Shown here: one piece after another, positions 48,482 through 53,168 of the stretch
How the letters are laid out: every line of letters starts with the position of its first letter
How positions within the stretch are numbered: position 1 is the stretch's first letter
Assembly (NCBI GenBank): GCA_035295445.1
Contig: DATGJA010000433.1
Location: 1 to 53,168, forward strand
Origin: Polyangiaceae bacterium
GTDB lineage: Bacteria > Myxococcota_A > Polyangia > Polyangiales > Polyangiaceae
Direction: 5' to 3'
Length of the DNA: 53,168 nucleotides
Position numbers and translations under genes: made by a program
The notes under the pieces: model-generated
Told to the model about the DNA's origin: nothing
The model's database searches: none
Seen by the model: the letters and a program-made list of their open reading frames with translations, nothing else

Positions 48482-48668
48482 CCGGGGCAACTGTCAGGTT
48501 CCGGACAGCGCTCTCCCGGGCAGACCGGACCCTCGAGGGTGTAGGGCACTGAAGGAGGGGCCTTGCGCCGCGCTGCCTTCGAGCCACCTTTGCGGGTGGG
48601 CGTCGTGGATCGGCCAATCGCGCGGCCCCCCCCAACCCTCCTGGCGCACGAGCACGGGATTTGCTGAA

Positions 48669-50087
48669 ATGGGGTCGATGAGTCCAGCCGTCCAGCCGGC
48701 AACCGCGCGGGAGCTCCAGCATAGGGCGCGGTTCGAGGCGCTTCGCGGGCGGATCTTCGGCGAGTTGGCCCGCTCCTCGGCCCGCTGGCGTCTCACCTGG
48801 ATTTTGCCCTTCAACGTGCTGGTCGTCGCGCTGCTGATCGCGCGAGGCGAGTCCGGCGGTCACGCCGTAGCGCAGTGCGTCGCCGTGGCTGCGCTCGGGG
48901 GCCTCTTCGGTGCCCAGGCGCTTACGACGCGGATGGGCGTCAAGTCCGCCGGGTTCCTGGTCGGCATTGCCAGCTACTTCACGCTCCTCGTGACCACCGG
49001 CGGACTTTCGAGCCCTCTGCTCGTCACGGGCACGCTCATCATCGTGGGCGCGGCCATCGTCGGGCCGCGCAACCGCTGGCTCAGGCCCACGGTGTTCGTC
49101 GCGTGCTTGCTGGGCTTCGTGGCCATGGCGGTGCTCTCGCGCACCGGGGTCGGGCGGCTCGCCGCGCCCCTAGCGCCCGTGGCTGGCTGGTCGACGGCGG
49201 AGTACGTCAGCGTCGCGCTCTTCGCCGCGGTCTTCACGATGGTCGGGGTCTTTCGGCTCGGCTGCATCGTGTCGCGCGGGTACGAGCGAGCCGCCCTCGA
49301 GCTGGCCGAACGGCGCGAAGAGCTCTGCACCGAGAACGAGGATCGCTCCCGCGCGCTCGAGGGCATGGCGGCCCGCCTGGCGCACGAGGTCAAGAATCCG
49401 CTGGCGGCAATCAAGGCCCTCTCGACCCACATGGCGCGCAACGCTAGCGATCCCAAGGCGGCCGAACGGCTCGCCATCGTCGCGGCCGAGGCGGACCGTC
49501 TCCAGTCGATCGTCGACGGGTTCCTGTCCTTCTCGCGGGGCCTGGACGACCTAAACCTCGCGCCCACGCGTCCGTTCGAGGTGGCTCGCGAGCTTTCGGT
49601 GCTCCTCGAGACGCGCGCGCAGGAGGCGGGGGTCGCGATCGACGTCCGGGGCGACGAAGGACTCGCGCTCGACGCGGATCCGCGCAAGTTGCGGCAGGTC
49701 CTGCTGAACCTGGTGCTCAATGCCCTTCAGGCGTCTCCGCAGGGGGCCCGGGTCGGGATCGCCGTGGAGCGGGCCTGCGAAGGGGCTCGGATCACGGTGC
49801 ATGACGACGGATCGGGGATGACGCCGGAGGTCCTCGAGCGAATTCGGAAGCCTTACTTCACGACGAAGGAGGGCGGTACGGGCCTCGGGGTCGTCGTCGC
49901 TCGCGGGCTCGTCGAGCAGCACGGGGGGCGACTGGAGTTCACGAGCAGCCCGGGCAAGGGGACGACCGTAGTGATCATGCTGCCTTCCAAGGCAACGCCC
50001 TGCCAGAGGCTGCCCAACCCCTCTCGCGCCGTGGAGCGCGAGCCCGAGGCCGAGACGTCGAAGCCAGCCGTGCTCGGCGCCCGCTGA
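48669..50087 (+). CDS. membrane sensor histidine kinase
   Basis: ATG 48669. About 6 TM helices with no large periplasmic domain. H-box LAHEVKNPLAAI, N-box LLNLVLNALQA, G1 VHDDGSGM and G2 GGTGLGVVVARG. Confidence 0.88.
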   Translation: MGSMSPAVQPATARELQHRARFEALRGRIFGELARSSARWRLTWILPFNVLVVALLIARGESGGHAVAQCVAVAALGGLFGAQALTTRMGVKSAGFLVGIASYFTLLVTTGGLSSPLLVTGTLIIVGAAIVGPRNRWLRPTVFVACLLGFVAMAVLSRTGVGRLAAPLAPVAGWSTAEYVSVALFAAVFTMVGVFRLGCIVSRGYERAALELAERREELCTENEDRSRALEGMAARLAHEVKNPLAAIKALSTHMARNASDPKAAERLAIVAAEADRLQSIVDGFLSFSRGLDDLNLAPTRPFEVARELSVLLETRAQEAGVAIDVRGDEGLALDADPRKLRQVLLNLVLNALQASPQGARVGIAVERACEGARITVHDDGSGMTPEVLERIRKPYFTTKEGGTGLGVVVARGLVEQHGGRLEFTSSPGKGTTVVIMLPSKATPCQRLPNPSRAVEREPEAETSKPAVLGAR

Positions 50088-50090
50088 AGC

Positions 50091-51458
50091 ATGAGCCGCG
50101 TCCTCGTCATCGACGACGATGCGTCGCTCAGATTCACGCTCGAAGCGGTACTCAGCGATGCGGGATTCGTGGTCGAGGCATGCGATGGCGGGCCCAGCGC
50201 GCTATCGGCGTTCGAGATCCGGGGCGCCGACGTCGTCCTGACCGATCTGGCGATGCCCGGAATGGACGGCATGCAGGTGCTCGAAAGGATGCGAGCGAAC
50301 GACCCGAGCGTCCCCGTCTTGATGCTCACGGCGCACGGGTCGGAGCGGGCCGCTGTCGCCGCGATGAAGGCGGGTGCCTGGGACTACATACCCAAGCCGT
50401 TCGACCCGGACGATCTGGTACTCGCGGTCCGCCGCGCGGTCGAATGGCGCGAGCTGCGCCTGCAGAACGCACGCCTGCGTACCGAGGCCGCGCTGGGGCG
50501 CACGATAGTGGCCGAGAGCCCTGCCATGCAGCGCGTGATGGACGTGGTGACGCGGGTCGCGCCGAAGGACGTCACCGTGCTGCTCACAGGCGAAAGTGGC
50601 GCCGGCAAAGACGTCGTCGCGAACGTGCTGCACGCGCACTCGCGCCGCGCCGACAAGGCGCTCGTGCGGTTCAACGCGGCGGCGATCCCGAGCGAGCTCG
50701 CCGAGGCGGAGCTCTTCGGCCATGCGCGGGGCGCCTTCACCGGCGCGCAAGGCGCGCGCCTCGGGTACTTCCAGCAGGCTCACAAGGGCACGCTGTTCAT
50801 CGACGAGATCGGCGAGCTCCCCCTCGGCATTCAGGCCAAGGTGCTGCGAGCGCTCCAGTCGGGAGAGGTCCAACAGGTCGGCGGTCGGCCCGAGATCGTC
50901 GACGCGCGACTCATCGCCGCCACCAACCGTGACCTTGCCGCGGACGTCAAGGCAGGACGTTTCCGTGAAGACCTCTTCTACCGGCTGAACGTGGTGCCCA
51001 TTCGCGTTCCGCCCCTTCGCGAACGGCCCGAGGACGTCGAGCCGCTTGTCCGAAACTTCGTCCGGAGTTACGCCGATCGCTACGGAATGGGCCCCGTCGA
51101 GGTGGAGCCCGCGCTCGTCGACGCGCTGCGCGCCAACAGCTGGCCCGGAAATGTACGCGAGGTCGAGAACACGGTCGCGCGGCTCCTCGCGCTCGCCCCG
51201 GACGAGCGCGTGACGCTGGCCCTCTGGCGGTCGCTTTCGGAGGGAGGCGCGTCCACTCCGTCCGTGCCGCCGCCGGCCGCGGGGGATCCTGGTCCGGGTC
51301 GGCCGCTTCGGGCCCGCGTCGAAGCGTTCGAGCGCGCGCTCATCGCCGAGGCGTTCGAGGCGGCCGCGCGAAACCAGAGCGAGACGGCGCGACGTCTGGG
51401 CGTTTCGAGGCCCGCGCTCATCGAAAAGCTGCACAAATACGGTCTCGTCGGGAAATGA
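50091..51458 (+). CDS. sigma54-dependent response regulator (NtrC family)
   Basis: Receiver domain (VLVIDDD...VVLTDLAMPGMDG), AAA+ Walker A GESGAGKDVVA, the sigma54-contact motif GAFTGA, and a C-terminal Fis-type HTH (ETARRLGVSRPALIEKLHKYGL). Confidence 0.92.
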   Translation: MSRVLVIDDDASLRFTLEAVLSDAGFVVEACDGGPSALSAFEIRGADVVLTDLAMPGMDGMQVLERMRANDPSVPVLMLTAHGSERAAVAAMKAGAWDYIPKPFDPDDLVLAVRRAVEWRELRLQNARLRTEAALGRTIVAESPAMQRVMDVVTRVAPKDVTVLLTGESGAGKDVVANVLHAHSRRADKALVRFNAAAIPSELAEAELFGHARGAFTGAQGARLGYFQQAHKGTLFIDEIGELPLGIQAKVLRALQSGEVQQVGGRPEIVDARLIAATNRDLAADVKAGRFREDLFYRLNVVPIRVPPLRERPEDVEPLVRNFVRSYADRYGMGPVEVEPALVDALRANSWPGNVREVENTVARLLALAPDERVTLALWRSLSEGGASTPSVPPPAAGDPGPGRPLRARVEAFERALIAEAFEAAARNQSETARRLGVSRPALIEKLHKYGLVGK

Positions 51459-52327
51459 CTCGCCGGCGGTTCGCGACGCTGTTCCTCGCGGCGGCGCTTG
51501 GGTCTTGCTGGCGACGTCAGGCCGCGCCGGCGAAGACCGATGGCCCACGTATCGTGTCGATCACTCCGGCCGCCACGGAGACCCTCTTCGCGATCGGCGC
51601 CGCCGACCAGGTCGTCGGGCGGTCGAGCTTCTGCGATTGGCCTCCAGAGGCAACGAACCTCCCGGCCGTCGGCGGGGTCGTCGACGTCGACCTCGAACGC
51701 ATCTTGGAGCTCCGCCCGAGTCTGGTCGTCGGCGTACCCGGTCCTCCGTCGGCCGATCGACTGACCGATTGGCTAGGCGCCCGTGGCGTCGCGACTTGGT
51801 TCCCCTCGGTCGACTCGTTCGCGGCGATCGACACGATGATCCGCGAGCTCGGCGCACGGACGGGTCACGGTACGGAGGCCGGGCGCGTCGTCGACGACGT
51901 CGACGCGCGCATCGCGGGAGTGGAGGCCCGGATCGCGCACGACCGAACGCCCCGCGTCCTGTTGGTCTTCGATCCGTCGCCGCCCGTCACTGCCGGGCCG
52001 AAGAGCTTCGCCGACGAGATGATCCGTCGGGCTCACGCGATCAACGTGATCAGCGATGGACCGCCCTGGCAAGCGGTGGGCTTCGAGCGCATCGTCGATC
52101 TGGATCCGGAGCTCGTCATCGACGCGTCGATGGGTCAGGGCGAGTCGGCCTCCGCCATCAACATCCGCGCTGCGGGGTGGGCTCAGGTCCGCGCCGTGCG
52201 CGAGGGCCACGTGGTCGAGGTGTCGGACGTCCGAGTGCTCCGTCCGGGGCCGCGCATCGCCGAGGGATTCGCGATCTTGGCTCACGTCATCCACCCGAGC
52301 ATCGCCGCGGCCTCGGCGCCGCGCTGA
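51455..52327 (+). CDS. BtuF/FecB-like periplasmic substrate-binding lipoprotein
   Basis: The ATG overlaps the regulator stop (ATGA at 51455-58). Signal LFLAAALGSC. RIVSITPAATETLFAIGAADQVVG...CDWP...LRPSLVVG is typical of class III (cobalamin/siderophore) SBPs. Confidence 0.75.
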   Translation: MTRRRFATLFLAAALGSCWRRQAAPAKTDGPRIVSITPAATETLFAIGAADQVVGRSSFCDWPPEATNLPAVGGVVDVDLERILELRPSLVVGVPGPPSADRLTDWLGARGVATWFPSVDSFAAIDTMIRELGARTGHGTEAGRVVDDVDARIAGVEARIAHDRTPRVLLVFDPSPPVTAGPKSFADEMIRRAHAINVISDGPPWQAVGFERIVDLDPELVIDASMGQGESASAINIRAAGWAQVRAVREGHVVEVSDVRVLRPGPRIAEGFAILAHVIHPSIAAASAPR

Positions 52328-52331
52328 CGCC

Positions 52332-53096
52332 TTGAGCAAGACGCGCCTCGATCAGCTCCTCGTGGCGCGCGGCCTCGCGCCCACGCGCGCACGCGCGCAA
52401 GCGCTGATCCTCGCCGGCGACGTCTACCTCGCCGGTGTCCGCGTCGACAAGGCGGGCCACCTGGTCGCGCTCGACGCCGACGTCGAGTGCCGCGCCGCGC
52501 AGCGACCGTACGTCTCGCGGGGTGGCGCGAAGCTAGCCGGAGCCCTCGACGCGTTTGCCTTCGATGCGGGGGGGTCGCGCTGCCTCGACCTCGGCGCTTC
52601 TACCGGGGGCTTCACGGACTGCTTGCTGCAACGCGGCGCGGCGCTCGTCATCGCCGTCGATGTCGGCTACGGGCAGCTCGCGCACAAGCTTCGCGTCGAT
52701 CCACGGGTCGTCGTGATGGAGCGCACTAACGCGCGCACTCTCGCGCCGGACGTGATCGGCGGCGCGGTAGACCTCACCGTCGTGGACGCGTCGTTCATTT
52801 CGCTGGCGAAGCTCATGCCTGCCGTCGCTCGTTGCACTCGGGCCGGCGGCGATCTCGTCGCACTCGTCAAACCGCAGTTCGAAGCCGGACGCGAGCAGGC
52901 TGCGCGCGGACGAGGGGTGATCCGCGACGAGTCGATCCGCGCGGAAGCCGTCGACTCGGCCGCGGCCGCCGTCGCCGCCGCAGGGTTCGAGGTCCTCCAA
53001 CGCGCCGACAGCGTCCTGCCCGGTCCGAAGGGCAATCGCGAGGTGTTCTTGCTCGCGCACCGATCGATGCATCCTCGCGAGGGCTCCAGGGGGTAG
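52332..53096 (+). CDS. tlyA: TlyA-family rRNA 2'-O-methyltransferase
   Basis: S4-like N-terminus SKTRLDQLLVARGLAPTRARAQALI, YVSRGGAKL, and the SAM motif CLDLGASTGGFTDCLLQRGA. It lacks an in-frame ATG, and TTG 52332 lies 4 nt after the upstream stop. Confidence 0.85.
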   Translation: MSKTRLDQLLVARGLAPTRARAQALILAGDVYLAGVRVDKAGHLVALDADVECRAAQRPYVSRGGAKLAGALDAFAFDAGGSRCLDLGASTGGFTDCLLQRGAALVIAVDVGYGQLAHKLRVDPRVVVMERTNARTLAPDVIGGAVDLTVVDASFISLAKLMPAVARCTRAGGDLVALVKPQFEAGREQAARGRGVIRDESIRAEAVDSAAAAVAAAGFEVLQRADSVLPGPKGNREVFLLAHRSMHPREGSRG

Positions 53097-53168
53097 CACA
53101 GTGCGCCCGGTGCGACCGCGGCTATAGTCCGCCCGCCTTCATGAAACCGGCCCCGCGGCTCGGCGCCA

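Noticed and set aside
48482-48668. Sigma54 promoter upstream of the kinase (TGGCGCACGAGCACGGGATTTGCT). Also an SRP-RNA-like string (gtcaggttccggacagc at about 48493-48512).
   Set aside because: The spacing between TGGCGC and TTGCT is far too long for a -24/-12 promoter. The SRP-like string lacks the conserved GGAAGCAGC core. It is better explained as a small hairpin (CTGTC...GACAG) just after the protease stop.
53141-53168. ATG followed by 9 codons (MKPAPRLGA) at the window edge.
   Set aside because: It is too short to support a gene call.

Overview
Very GC-rich bacterial chromosomal segment. It is almost certainly from a myxobacterium (Myxococcota): one secreted protease ends in a textbook MYXO-CTERM sorting tag, and the window holds several Cys-rich lipoproteins, giant TPR/transglutaminase-fold proteins and an NtrC-type sigma54 two-component pair. 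I support 42 protein-coding genes. Most are core housekeeping: pyrH, dapF, aroC, a fused aroK-aroB, zapA, bioF, bioD, clpB, a gyrB-recF-dnaN block without dnaA, a ccmF-ccmH fusion, cinA-thpR and tlyA. These are interspersed with lineage-typical envelope genes. I saw no rRNA, tRNA, CRISPR array, transposase, integrase or prophage signature. Most other long ORFs in the six-frame track are antisense or out-of-frame shadows, as expected at this GC content. The main signal not explained by genes is a conserved element of about 45 nt, present in the same orientation in four convergent intergenic gaps (near 1.56, 14.34, 31.69 and 45.80 kb). A second, unrelated set of three tandem hairpin repeats lies at 41.23-41.38 kb. 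Gene-level oddities are: a CcmF-CcmH fusion translationally coupled to two unknown proteins that share a helical motif; an orphan SctQ/FliN-like protein in a non-secretion operon; a coupled active/degenerate pair of giant transglutaminase-fold paralogs; and a UbiA prenyltransferase next to a CPBP (CAAX-type) protease. I found no clear-cut novel defence or mobile system, so candidate findings carry modest scores. All functional calls rest on motif recognition by eye, and no HMM or database search was possible.
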